NCBI GenBank assembly: GCA_950097015.1 | Contig: CATNEN010000007.1 | Span: 4,712,001 to 4,776,000, forward strand | Reading direction: 5' to 3' | From: Macrostomum hystrix | Lineage: Eukaryota; Animalia; Platyhelminthes | Length of the DNA stretch: 64,000 bases | Shown here: piece by piece, positions 1-14,000 of the stretch | Layout: every line of letters begins with the position of its first letter | Position numbering within the stretch: the first letter of the stretch is position 1 | Translations under genes and position numbers: made by a program | The notes under the pieces: model-generated | The model's input: the letters and a program-made list of their open reading frames with translations, nothing else | What the model was told of the DNA's origin: nothing | Database searches by the model: none

Positions 1-3000
1 GCCGGTCCGTCAACGCCGCGCCGACGGAAGGCTGCAGCATGCCCGCCCAGCCCCAGACTGTCCAGCAGTTGCGTCACCTCGTCCATCGTCCAGGAGCTCA
101 TCGGGGTCGACGAGGTTATCGTCGGCGTCGGTGGCATCGGGGGCGTCGGGGGCGTCGGCGTTTCTGGCGGTGGCGATGGCTCAGGCGGCGCTGGCAGAGT
201 CTCGAAGCGCATCGTTGGCAGCGGCGTTGTCGGATCTGAGTCGGCAACATCGGGAGGTGGTTCAACTTCGGCTACGTCGGCGGAGCAGCCGTCGCAGCTG
301 TCGCAACAGCTACTACTGCAGCAACAGCAGCAGCAGCAGGAGCCTGAGCAGGAGCAGAAGCTGCAGCTGTCGGATGCAGCGTCATTTACATTTTCTGCAT
401 GTGTTGGAGGCGATGAGCGCAAATCATAACAGCAATGACCAAAATGAGAACCCTGAGCACACTCTCAGGGTACACGTTTAATCATATTGATTATCGACCA
501 GGTGACAACTCGCCTAGATTCGCCCCGGAGTCGGCCAGCAGATCCGCCTGCCGGTTCTGGTCCTCGTCCTCGATGGCGAGGTCCCAGACTCGAACCAGCC
601 GGTCGTTGGAGCCGCTGGCGAGTCGGCGACCGTCTGGAGAGAAGCAGCAGCTGGTCACATAGCTGCAATGGCGGGCCGATGGTAGATGCGAGATTCAACG
701 GAATTGAATAAATGAAGATTTGTGAAATTTTGAATCTGCACCTGCAATAGATTCTCTAGGGGAGACACGGGACGAACAGGGAGAGATGGGACACGGGAGA
801 GATGAGACAGGGAGAGATGAGACAGGGGAGAGATGAGACAGGGGAGGGATGAGACAGGGGAGAGATGAGACAGGGAGAGAGATGAGACAGGGGAGAGATG
901 AGACAGGGAGAGAGATGAGACAGGGAGAGATGAGACAGGGAGAGAGATGAGACAGGGAGAGAGATGAGACAGGGAGAGAGATGAGACAGGGGAATATTCA
1001 GATTATGAGTTCACAAAGCCATCACTTTCTGTTCAAGTGTCTGCATAAATCACGGAGCAGTGTTCTGACCGTGCGTGAGCCTCCACAACGTGCAGAGAAG
1101 ATGCTGTTTCCTGGAAAGGTTGGGAAAGGTTCTTATTTAACTTTAATGCGCGGATGCACTTTTTGGTTTAAACCGAGAGCCTGACGGACGGGATCTCGCG
1201 AGACTCCGCTTACCGGCTTCCAGATCCTCACGGTGTGATCCCCGGAACTGGGCCGGGATGGGAGAGAAAAATTTTGGCAGCGTGAGTCAGTCAGTCAGGT
1301 GTGTGAAAGAGAAAATTGCTGCCTGGTCTTAACAATGGCCGGACTGGGCGACTCACCAGGAAATGAGCAGCTTCCCATTTGGGGAGAAGTGAACCGCCAT
1401 CACCGCCCGGCTGTGGCCCTTCAGTGAGAACAGCAGACTCAGGCTGCCATGCTGCTTTCCTGCGGGTGAGTGAGTGAGTGAGTGAGTGAGTGAGTGAGTG
1501 AGTGAGTGAGTGAGTGAGTGAGTGAGTGAGTGAGTGAGTGAGTGAGTGAGTGAGTGAGTGAGTGAGTGAGTGAGTGAGTGAGTGAGTGAGTGAGTGAGTG
1601 AGTGAGTGAGTGAGTGAGTGAGTGAGTGAGTGAGTGAGTGAGTGAGTGAGTGAGTGAGTGAGTGAGTGAGTGAGTGAGTGAGTGAGTGAGTGAGTGAGTG
1701 AGTGAGTGAGTGAGTGAGTGAGTGAGTGAGTGAGGGAGTGAGTGAGTGAGTGAGTGAGTGAGTGAGTGAGTGAGTGAGTGAGTGAGTGAGTGAGTGAGTG
1801 AGTGAGTGAGTGAGTGAGTGAGTGAGTGAGTGAGTGAGTGAGTGAGTGAGTGAGTGAGTGAGTGAGTGAGTGAGTGAGTGAGTGAGTGAGTGAGTGAGTG
1901 AGTGAGTGAGTGAGTGAGTGAGTGAGTGAGTGAGTGAGTGAGTGAGTGAGTGAGTGAGTGAGTGAGTGAGTGAGTGAGTGAGTGAGTGAGTGAGTGAGTG
2001 AGTGAGTGAGTGAGTGAGTGAGTGAGTGAGTGAGTGAGTGAGTGAGTGAGTGAGTGAGTGAGTGAGTGAGTGAGTGAGTGAGTGAGTGAGTGAGTGAGTG
2101 AGTGAGTGAGTGAGTGAGTGAGTGAGTGAGTGAGTGAGTGAGCTGAAGGTTAATAAGAGTACATGTGAGTGAGAGAGGGTGAGTGTTAAGTAGAGTGGGT
2201 CAGTGGGAGATAGGTCAGAAGGACGAGCAGCCGCAGCGACAACGCAGCGCAGGTGTTAGTGCAGGTGTCACAGCAGGTGTCACAGCAGGTGTCACAGCAG
2301 GTGTCACAGCAGGTGTCACAGCAGGTGTCACAGCAGTGGGAAGCCATCTACCCCAAGTAAAAGTGAAACCTGGGCGGCAGCTGCGGCCCACCCCAGCCTC
2401 ATTTTGGACTCTTAAAGGCTTGAAGGCGCGTTCTGTAATCGAAATTTAAAACCGAGAGAAAAGGGAAGTGGCCGGCCAGTGTGGGGCTAATGAGGTCCTG
2501 AGGCTGTGGCTCGCCCCAGATCCCAGCCCGCAATTAAGCTAGGCAAAACCTGTTCCTGCTCTCCCAGGACCTGCCCTAACCCACACCCAACCCTCTGTCT
2601 GAGACCTCGGCCGCGGCTGACCCTAACAGCCTCCTAATGCCTCGCTGATTGAGTCTGGCAGCCTCCTCCATCAGTGGGACTTAGATCCCGCATCCTTCTT
2701 TATGTTCGATTCCTGTTGCGCGGCCAGTGATTGCGGGTCGGGGGTGAGAAGTCCGCGAAGATGAGCCAGCTGGAACGAATTCTGTGTCTCTTTCACTTCA
2801 TCTTTTTCATTTCCTTTCCATTTCACAGTCGAGTTGTTGCTGTCTGCAGGAAATGCGGGAAGCCGGAATTAGTGAGGCGCGGGTGACAAGCAGCTCACTA
2901 TGGCTTTGGCTACCGGATCCTCTCGCTGACATCGCGCCGGCGGGGTCCGCTCCGCCGCCGCCTCCGCAGACCAGCCGCCAGATCTTCACGAGATTGTCGC

Positions 3001-6000
3001 TGCCACCGGTGGCCACCGTGTAGACAGGCCAGCGCCGAGATCCCGCATCCGGGTGGCAGGCTGCAATGAGATCAGTGAGGCTGATGGGATGAGACACTGG
3101 GATCAGTGAGGCCGATGGGATGAGACACTGGGATCAGTGAGGCCGATGGGATGAGACTCTGGGATCAGTGAGGCCGATGGGATGAGACACTGGGATCAGT
3201 GAGGCCGATGGGATGAGACACTGGGATCAGTGAGGCTGATGGGATGAGACACTGGGATCAGTGAGGCCGATGGGATGAGACACTGGGATCAGTGAGGCTG
3301 ATGGGATGAGACACTGGGATCAGTGAGGCTGATGGGATGAGACACTGGGATCAGTGAGGCTGATGGGATGAGACACTGGGATCATTGAGGCTGATGGGAT
3401 GAGACACTGGGATCAGTGAGGCTGATGGGATGAGACACTGGGATCAGTGAGGCCGATGGGATGAGACACTGGGATCAGTGAGGCTGATGGGATGAGACAC
3501 TGGGATCAGTGAGGCCGATGGGATGAGACACTGGGATCAGTGAGGCTGATGGGATGAGACACTGGGATCAGTGAGGCTGATGGGATGAGACACTGGGATC
3601 AGTGAGGCTGATGGGATGAGACTCTGGGATCAGTGAGGCTGACGGGATGAGACTCTGGGATCAGTGAGGCTGATGGGATGAGACTCTGGGATCATTGAGG
3701 CTGATGGGATGAGACACTGGGATCATTGAGGCTGATGGGATGAGACACTGGGATCAGTGAGGCTGACGGGATGAGACACTGCGATCAGTGAGGCTGACGG
3801 GATGAGACACTGGGATCAGTGAGGCTGATGGGATGAGACTCTGGGATCAGTGAGGCTGATGGGATGAGACACTGGGATCAGTGAGGCTGATGGGATGAGA
3901 CTCTGGGATCATTGAGGCTGATGGGATGAGACACTGGGATCAGTGAGGCTGATGGGATGAGACACTGGGATCAGTGAGGCTGATGGGATGAGACTCTGGG
4001 ATCATTGAGGCTGATGGGATGAGACACTGGGATCAGTGAGGCTGATGGGATGAGACACTGCGATCAGTGAGGCTGATGGGATGAGACTCTGGGATCAGTG
4101 AGGCTGATGGGATGAGACACTGGGATCATTGAGGCTGATGGGATGAGACACTGGGATCAGTGAGGCTGATGGGATGAGACTCTGGGATCAGTGAGGCTGA
4201 TGGGATGAGACTCTGGGATCATTGAGGCTGATGGGATGAGACACTGGGATCAGTGAGGCTGATGGGATGAGACTCTGGGATCATTGAGGCTGATGGGATG
4301 AGACACTGGGATCATTGAGGCTGATGGGATGAGACACTGGGATCAGTCAAGTTAATTGATTTTCTTGTCTGGGAGAAGTTAGGTAATTAGATGTAAAAGC
4401 TCAATAATGATTAGGCGCGAGTATATTTCTCAGAATTTTTTATTAACGGTTTGAGTAGTGTCTGAGTACCCTAAGACTCAATTTGCTGGTGTGGGTTTTT
4501 CTTCTAAAAGGGAATAATAAATTCATATAAAGAGCCGATTGAATAGCAATGAGGAACTTTCTACCCACAAGCTCAAAGCAGCAGCAGCAGCAGCAGCAGC
4601 TCGGAGGCCCTTATGTGGCCGCCACCGCTCAGACTCAATGCATCTCCATCAATTAATCTTTGGCTGTTCAGACCGCTCTGCCATTAGCATGCACTACTAA
4701 CCATGGAATGCAAATCTGAGGATCTGGGATCGGACTTTGCTGAGGCGAAGCTAATGCAAAAAAATCGGCGCAGCTGCCATGACATCCCCTTTTGTCCCCT
4801 TGTTGTGTCTCCCAGGGCCCAGTCTCCCGTGATCCCCTCCGCGACCAACTCTCCGCTACAAGAGTTTTTGTACCAACCGGCGACTCCAGCACGCGGTGTC
4901 GATTTCTCTGCCAGGATGTCATGGGAGGAGAAGGCTAAATTAGTGGTAATTAGCGGCACACACTCAAACACACACTCACACACACTCACACAGACTCACA
5001 AAGCACACACACAGACTCTCAGACTCATGCAGACTCACAAAGCACTCACAGACTCACAAAGCACTCACAGACTCACAAAGCACTCACAGACTCACAAAGC
5101 ACACTCACAGACTCACAAAGCACTCACAGACTCACAAAGCACACTCACAGACTCACAAAGCACACTCACAGACTCACAAAGCACACTCACAGACTCACAA
5201 AGCACTCACAGACTCACAAAGCACTCACAGACTCACAAAGCACACTCACAGACTCACAAAGCACTCACAGACTCACAAAGCACACTCACAGACTCACAAA
5301 GCACTCACAGACTCACAAAGCACTCACAGACTCACAAAGCACACTCACAGACTCACAAAGCACTCACAGACTCACAAAGCACTCACAGACTCACAAAGCA
5401 CACTCACAGACTCACAAAGCACTCACAGACTCACAAAGCACACTCACAGACTCACAAAGCACTCACAGACTCACAAAGCACTCACAGACTCACAAAGCAC
5501 ACTCACAGACTCACAAAGCACTCACAGACTCACAAAGCACTCACAGACTCACAAAGCACACTCACAGACTCACAAAGCACACTCACAGACTCACAAAGCA
5601 CACTCACAGACTCACAAAGCACACTCACACAGACTCACAAAGCACACTCACAGACTCACAAAGCACACTCACACAGACTCACAAAGCACACTCACAGACT
5701 CACAAAGCACACTCACCTCACAGACTCACAAAGCACACTCACAGACTCACAAAGCACACTCACAGACTCACAAAGCACACTCACAGACTCACAAAGCACA
5801 CTCACAGACTCACAAAGCACACTCACAGACTCACAAAGCACTCACAGACTCACAAAGCACTCACAGACTCACAAAGCACACTCACAGAATCACAAAGCGC
5901 ACTCACAGACTCACAAAGCGCACTCACAGACTCACAAAGCACTCACAGACTCACAAAGCACTCACAGACTCACAAAGCACACTCTCAGACTCATGCAGAC

Positions 6001-9000
6001 TCTCAAAGCACTCACAGACTCACAAAGCACACTCACAGACTCACAAAGCACACTCACAGACTCACAAAGCACACTCACAGACTCACAAAGCACACTCACA
6101 GACTCACAAAGCACACTCACAGACTCACAAAGCACACTCTCAGACTCACAAAGCACACTCACAGACTCACAAAGCACTCACAGACTCACAAAGCACACTC
6201 ACAGACTCACAAAGCGCACTCACAGACTCACAAAGCACTCACAGACTCACAAAGCGCACTCACAGACTCACAAAGCACTCACAGACTCACAAAGCACACT
6301 CTCAGACTCACAAAGCACACTCACAGACTCACAAAGCACTCTCAGACTCACAAAGCGCACTCACAGACTCACAAAGCACACTCACAGACTCACAAAGCAC
6401 ACTCACAGACTCACAAAGCGCACTCACAGACTCACAAAGCACACTCACAGACTCACAAAGCACACTCACAGACTCACAAAGCGCACTCACAGACTCACAA
6501 AGCACACTCACAGACTCACAAAGCGCACTCACAGACTCACAAAGCACACTCTCAGACTCATGCAGACTCACAAAGCACTCACAGACTCACAAAGCACTCA
6601 CAGACTCACAAAGCACTCACAGACTCACAAAGCACACTCACAGACTCACAAAGCGCACTCACAGACTCACAAAGCACTCACAGACTCACAAAGCACTCAC
6701 AGACTCACAAAGCACACTCTCAGACTCATGCAGACTCACAAAGCACACTCACAGACTCACAAAGCACACTCACAGACTCACAAAGCACACTCACAGACTC
6801 ACAAAGCACACTCACAGACTCACAAAGCACACTCACAGACTCACAAAGCACACTCACAGACTCACAAAGCACACTCACAGACTCACAAAGCACTCACAGA
6901 CTCACAAAGCACTCACAGACTCACAAAGCGCACTCACAGACTCACAAAGCACACTCACAGACTCACAAAGCACTCACAGACTCACAAAGCGCACTCACAG
7001 ACTCACAAAGCACACTCACAGACTCACAAAGCACACTCACAGACTCACAAAGCACACTCACAGACTCACAAAGCACTCACAGACTCACAAAGCGCACTCA
7101 CAGACTCACAAAGCACACTCACAGACTCACAAAGCACACTCACAGACTCACAAAGCACACTCACAGACTCACAAAGCACACTCACAGACTCACAAAGCGC
7201 ACTCACAGACTCACAAAGCACTCACAGACTCACAAAGCACACTCACAGACTCACAAAGCACACTCACAGACTCACAAAGCACACTCACAGACTCACAAAG
7301 CACACTCACAGACTCACAAAGCACACTCACAGACTCACAAAGCACACTCACAGACTCACAAAGCACTCACAGACTCACAAAGCACTCACAGACTCACAAA
7401 GCGCACTCACAGACTCACAAAGCACACTCACAGACTCACAAAGCACTCACAGACTCACAAAGCGCACTCACAGACTCACAAAGCACACTCACAGACTCAC
7501 AAAGCACACTCACAGACTCACAAAGCACACTCACAGACTCACAAAGCACACTCACAGACTCACAAAGCGCACTCACAGACTCACAAAGCACTCACAGACT
7601 CACAAAGCACACTCACAGACTCACAAAGCACACTCACAGACTCACAAAGCACTCACAGACTCACAAAGCACACTCACCTCACAGACTCACAAAGCACACT
7701 CACAGACTCACAAAGCACTCACAGACTCACAAAGCACACTCACAGACTCACAAAGCACTCACAGACTCACAAAGCACACTCACAGACTCACAAAGCACAC
7801 TCACAGACTCACAAAGCACACTCACAGACTCACAAAGCACACTCACAGACTCACAAAGCACACTCACAGACTCACAAAGCACACTCACAGACTCACAAAG
7901 CACACTCACAGACTCACAAAGCACACTCACAGACTCACAAAGCGCACTCACAGACTCACAAAGCACTCACAGACTCACAAAGCGCACTCACAGACTCACA
8001 AAGCACTCACAGACTCACAAAGCACACTCTCAGACTCATGCAGACTCTCAAAGCACACGTACAAGGATACTGGGCTCCGACTGAAAGTGCCTTATTAATT
8101 AACCAGAAAATATTTTATAATTCCTGTTTTTATTGTAAATCCCGAGGGTGTTGGGGCTGAACACTGAGTGAAGTTATTCTCACAGGGCACCGGACAGACG
8201 CATCACAGATGCTGTTTGGTAGCTGGAATCAGCCAGGCAATAGCTAAGTGCTCCTCTGTTGCTATAGGGACTTCAAAGAATTTCTCCTGTGCAGTCAAAA
8301 TGACCTTGTAGCCATTGCTACAAGGGAGAAAGGGGTGTCTCCAGGGTTCCCCCCGCCCGGGTGGAGGCGTCCTGGCTCACAGGCAGGACACGGCGAGACG
8401 TCAACGCCCGCAACGCCGAGGTCGTGACCGTCCAGCACTAGCTGCAGCGCTTTGGCCCTGCCGAACCGGCCGTCCCACACTCGGAGGTCGCCGCTGGCAG
8501 CCCCGGACACCAGGAACCGGCCGTCCGGGCTGAATGCCAGGCCCAGCACGGAGCCGCAGTGGCCGGAGATGCTGCGCAGCAGGGCCTGCGAGGGCACGTC
8601 CCACAGGCAGAGGCTGCCGTCCTCGCCGCCGCTAGCGAACAGCTGCGAGTTGAGGGAGAATGCCCCGGCACGGATGCTGCACTTGCTGGGATGGGTGAAC
8701 AGGCTCAGCTGCTGGCCTGCGGGACCGGAAACCGTTAGGCGGGGGATAAATACTTGTGATTAACTGCCAAGAGGGAGGGGATATCGTGCGGGGATAATTT
8801 CTCCACAAGGGATATCGTACAGGAAAATCGTTTATCCAGAGGTGATATCGTATGGGGTGATAATTTCTCCAAAAGGTATAGTGTACGGGGATGATTAATC
8901 TCATTGGGATCTGTGCGGGGGTGTAATTTCTCCAGTGTGGCCCTGATTCACACTGCACAGTTTTTAAGTTTCACTTTACCAGCAATTGTGCTCCTAGAAG

Positions 9001-10540
9001 TTGCAGCTGATGGTAATTGCTCCTTTGGGAGCGGACAACACCTCTGCGGGCCAGAGAGCAGCTCTGGGACCGGGTGCACCCAGCCGGCTGACAAAAGTGC
9101 ACAGCAGCCGAACTAACTGTTGACAGTTTCGGGGTGGGAAAATTGGCAAGCCAGCCAGGCCCCTCTAATCCCCCTTTGTGTCCCCAGCAACACCGCAGCT
9201 CTGCGTTAATCCCTGCTCTCTTTGTCACTGCATGGGATTTCAATGGGATAATCTTCCCCTTGCCTATCGGGATCACAAGCGAGGCCGAGATTGACAGCCG
9301 CCGGATGTGGGAACAGTTATACTGGAGGATTTTGTTAAAACGGGAGAATGGGATAAAGAAAGAGCAGTTAAAAATAACAAAATATGCGACATTTGGGCAA
9401 ACTAAACAATCATAGAAATGATAGACAAGGCGAGAATACGCAGAGAAGCGACTAAATATCCCGATGAAGATTATGACAAGATGAGAACAGGGTGACAAGA
9501 TGAGAACAGGGTGATAAGATGAGAACAGGGCGATAAGATGAGAACAGGGTGATAAGATGAGAGCAGGGCGATAAGATGAGAACAGGGTGATAAGATGAGA
9601 AGAACAGGGTGATAAGATGAGAAGAACAGGGTGATAAGATGAGAACAGGGTGATAAGATGAGAAGAACAGGGTGATAAGATGAGAACAGGGTGATAAGAT
9701 GAGAAGAACAGGGTGATAAGATGAGAACAGGGTGATAAGATTAGAACAGGGTGAGAGAATACGAAAAGATGGACTCAAATTCCAGCAGTTTGAGAACACG
9801 AACCGTTCTTGGGATCCCAGAAGATGGCTTTGCCGTCAGTTGAGCAGCTGACTAGCATTGTGCCGAACGGCGAGAAGGCGACAAAGTTTACGCAGTAGGC
9901 GTGGCCGCACAGCGGGGACCAGGCGGCCTCCTGCCAGCTCGCCACCGACCACAGGCTGCGGGCGCGTAGCGGGTGGAGCTCTGATTGGCCAAGACCTCAT
10001 GACCTTCTTTGTTAGTCTATGACCTTTGAACTAACGCACTGAGGCCCTTGATTTGAATGTGTCAATCTGACCATATCCCTCTATGACCATATCACTCTAT
10101 GATCGTATCACTCTATGACCATTTCACTTTATGACCCAATGACCATATCACTTTATCACTTTATGACTCCATGCTGCTCTTTCACCTTGGTCTCCACCCG
10201 CAGTACCCAGCAGCTCACCGCACAGTCTTGTCCCCGGAGCAGGTGGCCAGCCAGCCGCCGTTGAAGGCCACCCCGGTGACGTCGCGCGCGTGAGCCCCGA
10301 TGGTGACGGCAAGCCTGGCGGTGACGCGCGGATGACAGCTGAAGCCATTCTGCATCCCGCTGGGCGGCCTCTCAGCCCTCTGTGAGGACTGATGCTGGTG
10401 TCTGTGTGCTCAGGGTGTCTGTGTGCTCAGGGTGTCTGTGTGCTCAGGGTATCTGTGTGCTCAGGGTGTCTGTGTGCTCAGGGTGTCTTCTATGGGTGTC
10501 AGTTGTGGGTGTCTGTCAATCAGACCTTGTGAATCAGCAT
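1..10540 (-). CDS. WDSUB1: WD repeat, SAM and U-box domain protein 1-like gene (spliced; 3' end runs off the window)
   Basis: Phase-consistent exons reconstructed by hand (minus): 10526-10540 (tentative MLIHK start), 10219-10349 ([27 protein letters not shown]), 9804-9955 ([31 protein letters not shown]), 8381-8716 ([13 protein letters not shown]...[13 protein letters not shown]), 2899/2914-3060 ([14 protein letters not shown]), 1357-1459 ([16 protein letters not shown]), 1214-1247 (SGDHTVRIW), 1070-1110 (LHVVEAHAR), 499/514-662 ([23 protein letters not shown]), <1-394 (Cys/Pro linker then SAM start [29 protein letters not shown]). The WD motifs follow the order I recall for vertebrate WDSUB1. 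The U-box would lie outside the window. Confidence 0.88.
781..990. repeat. Intronic minisatellite, ~15-17 bp (GGGAGAGATGAGACA)
   Basis: Tandem copies visible inside WDSUB1-like intron 663-1069. Confidence 0.95.
1466..2142. repeat. (GAGT)n microsatellite, ~680 bp
   Basis: Near-perfect tetranucleotide run starting a few nt from the splice acceptor at 1460-1461. Confidence 0.98.
2246..2335. repeat. 12-bp tandem repeat (GCAGGTGTCACA)
   Basis: About 7 tandem copies, intronic. Confidence 0.9.
3069..4347. repeat. 31-bp intronic minisatellite (GATCAGTGAGGCTGATGGGATGAGACACTGG)
   Basis: About 41 tandem copies starting 8 nt from the acceptor at 3061-3062. Confidence 0.97.
4957..8055. repeat. 19/21-bp intronic minisatellite (CACAAAGCAC[AC]TCACAGACT)
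   Basis: About 3.1 kb of mixed 19- and 21-bp units. It accounts for the spurious 1131-aa ORF. Confidence 0.97.
9474..9752. repeat. 19-22-bp intronic minisatellite (GATAAGATGAGAACAGGGT)
   Basis: Tandem copies next to the donor at 9802-9803. Confidence 0.92.
10400..10485. repeat. 17-bp tandem repeat (GTCTGTGTGCTCAGGGT)
   Basis: About 5 copies in the putative first WDSUB1-like intron. Confidence 0.85.
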
Positions 10541-10700
10541 TCTTGCAGCTCTGCCAGGCCAGGCCACGATGAAATCCAGTTGTCCGCAGACCACAGACAG
10601 TTGTCCAGGTCAGGCCAGGATCTGAGCACTGTGATTGGAGCTCTCAGGACCGGAACTGTGTGCTGCTTTATAATTATTTAGTTCAGCCTGTGGCTGCAGC

Positions 10701-10722
10701 GGCCAATTGTCGGCGGCCAATG
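10701..10722. promoter_or_regulatory. Paired CCAAT boxes, candidate promoter of the WDSUB1-like gene
   Basis: GGCCAATTG and GGCCAATGG lie ~15 bp apart, ~160 bp upstream of the tentative start codon. Motif evidence only. Confidence 0.3.
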
Positions 10723-11084
10723 GGACTGCGTTTGCCGCTGGATTTGGGAAGTGCATGCAGTTGGAGAGAGCCGTGGGCCAGTTTTAGAACCCCTACCCAG
10801 AAGCTGCAGCAATGGCCTATTCAGTCCGCTTGTTTAACGAAATCCACTAGTGGTGACTTTTATAGGGCAATTCGATGCGACTTGTGAAGTTGTTTTTGTA
10901 AGAAAAACTGTCCGAATTCAAAATGCTAATTCTGCGTCTGAACTCTGAATTCTTAGTTCTCGAACTTTTTCAAATCTCCCATTATTATCCTAAATCTCCC
11001 ATTTCCGAAATTCCAGACAACTACGAGCTAAATCCCCTTTTCTACAATTACGAAGAACTTATTCTTTCGTAGGCAATTTGAAAA

Positions 11085-14000
11085 TCCCAACTTGTAATCT
11101 AAAATCCCACTCAGTAATCAAAAATCCCACTCAGTATTCAAAAATCCCACTAAGTAATCAAAAATCCCACTCAGTAATCAAAAATCACACTCAGTAATCT
11201 AAACTCCAACTCAGTAATAAAAAATCCCACTCAGTAATCTAAAATCCCACTCAGTAATCTAAAATCCCACTCAGTAATCTAAAATCCCACTCAGTAATCT
11301 AAAATCCCACTCCGAAATCTAAAATCCCACTCAGTAATCTAAAATCCCACTAAGTAATCTAAAATCCCACTCAGTATTCTAAAATCCCACTCAGTAATCT
11401 AAAATCAGACTAAGTAATCTAAAATCCCACTAAGTAATCTAAAACCCCACTCTGTAATCTAAAATCCCACTCAGTATTCTAAAATCCCACTAAGTAATCA
11501 AAAATCCCACTCAGTAATCAAAAATCACACTCAGTAATCTAAACTCCAACTCAGTAATCTAAAATCCCACTCAGTAATCTAAAATCCCACTCAGTAATCT
11601 AAAATCCCACTCCGAAATCTAAAATCCCACTCAGTAATCTAAAATCCCACTAAGTAATCTAAAATCCCACTCAGTATTCTAAAATCCCACTCAGTAATCT
11701 AAAATCAGACTAAGTAATCTAAAATCCCACTAAGTAATCTAAAACCCCACTCTGTAATCTAAAATCCCACTCAGTATTCTAAAATCCCACTAAGTAATCT
11801 AAAACCCCACTAAGTAATCAAAAATCACACTCAGTAATCTAAACTCCAACTCAGTAATAAAAAATCCCACTCAGTAATCTAAAATCCCACTCAGTAATCT
11901 AAAATCCCACTCAGTAATCTAAAATCCCACTCAGTAATCTAAAATCCCACTCCGAAATCTAAAATCCCACTCAGTAATCTAAAATCCCACTAAGTAATCT
12001 AAAATCCCACTCAGTATTCTAAAATCCCACTCAGTAATCTAAAATCAGACTAAGTAATCTAAAATCCCACTAAGTAATCTAAAACCCCACTCTGTAATCT
12101 AAAATCCCACTCAGTATTCTAAAATCCCACTAAGTAATCTAAAACCCCACTAAGTAATCTAAAACCCCACTCAGTAATCTAAAATCCCACTCAGTAATCT
12201 AAAATCCCACTAAGTAATAAAAAATCCCACTCAGTAATAAAAAATCCCACTAAGTAATCTAAAATCCCACTCAGTAATCTAAAATCCCACTCATTATTCT
12301 AAAATCCCACTAAGTAATCTAAAACCCCACTCTGTAATCTAAAATCCCACTCAGTAATCTAAAATCCCACTCAGTAATCTAGAATCCCACTCAGTAATCA
12401 AAAATCCCACTCAGTATTCTAAAATCCCACTCAGCATTCTAAAATCCCACTAAGTAATCTAAAACCCCACTCAGTAATCTAAAATCCCACTCAGTAATCT
12501 AAAATCGCATTCAGTATTCTAAAATCGCATTCAGTAATCTAAAATCCCACTCAGTAATCTAAAATCCCACTCAGTAATCTAAAATCCCACTCCGAAATCT
12601 AAAATCCCACTCAGTAATCTAAAATCCCACTAAGTAATCTAAAATCCCACTCAGTATTCTAAAATCCCACTCAGTAATCTAAAATCAGACTAAGTAATCT
12701 AAAATCCCACTCAGTAATCTAAAATCAGACTAAGTAATCTAAAATCCCACTAAGTAATCTAAAACCCCACTCTGTAATCTAAAATCCCACTCAGTATTCT
12801 AAAATCCCACTAAGTAATCTAAAACCCCACTAAGTAATCAAAAATCACACTCAGTAATCTAAACTCCAACTCAGTAATAAAAAATCCCACTCAGTAATCT
12901 AAAATCCCACTCAGTAATCTAAAATCCCACTCAGTAATAAAAAATCCCACTCAGTAATCTAAAATCCCACTCCGAAATCTAAAATCCCACTCAGTAATCT
13001 AAAATCCCACTAAGTAATCTAAAATCCCACTCAGTATTCTAAAATCCCACTCAGTAATCTAAAATCAGACTAAGTAATCTAAAATCCCACTAAGTAATCT
13101 AAAACCCCACTCTGTAATCTAAAATCCCACTCAGTATTCTAAAATCCCACTAAGTAATCTAAAACCCCACTAAGTAATCTAAAACCCCACTCAGTAATCT
13201 AAAATCCCACTCAGTAATCTAAAATCCCACTAAGTAATAAAAAATCCCACTCAGTAATAAAAAATCCCACTAAGTAATCTAAAATCCCACTCAGTAATCT
13301 AAAATCCCACTCATTATTCTAAAATCCCACTAAGTAATCTAAAACCCCACTCTGTAATCTAAAATCCCACTCAGTAATCTAAAATCCCACTCAGTAATCT
13401 AGAATCCCACTCAGTAATCAAAAATCCCACTCAGTATTCTAAAATCCCACTCAGCATTCTAAAATCCCACTAAGTAATCTAAAACCCCACTCAGTAATCT
13501 AAAATCCCACTCAGTAATCTAAAATCGCATTCAGTATTCTAAAATCCCACTAAGTAATAAAAAATCCCACTCAGTAATCTAAAATCCCACTCAGTAATAA
13601 AAAATCCCACTAAGTAATCTAAAATCCCACTCAGTAATCTAAAATCCCACTCAGCAATCTAAAATCCCACTAAGTAATAAAAAATCCCACTCAGTAAAAA
13701 AAAGCCCACTAAGTAATAAAAAATCCCACTCAGTAATAAAAAATCCCACTAAGTAATCTAAAATCCCACTCAGTAATCTAAAATCCCACTCAGTAATAAA
13801 AAATCCCACTCAGTAATCTAAAATCCCACTCAGTAATCTAGAATCCCACTCAGTAATAAAAAATCCCACTCAGTATTCTAAAATCCCACTCAGTAATCTA
13901 AAATCCCACTCAGTAATCAAAAATCCCACTCAGTATTCTAAAACCCCACTCAGTAATCTAAAATCCCACTCAGTAATCAAAAATCCCACTCAGTATTCTA

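Noticed and set aside
4703-8098. 1131-aa ORF (THKAHSQ/LTDSQST repeats)
   Set aside because: It lies antisense inside a WDSUB1-like intron. The mixed 19/21-bp units shift reading phase, so the open frame only reflects a unit with no stop codons.
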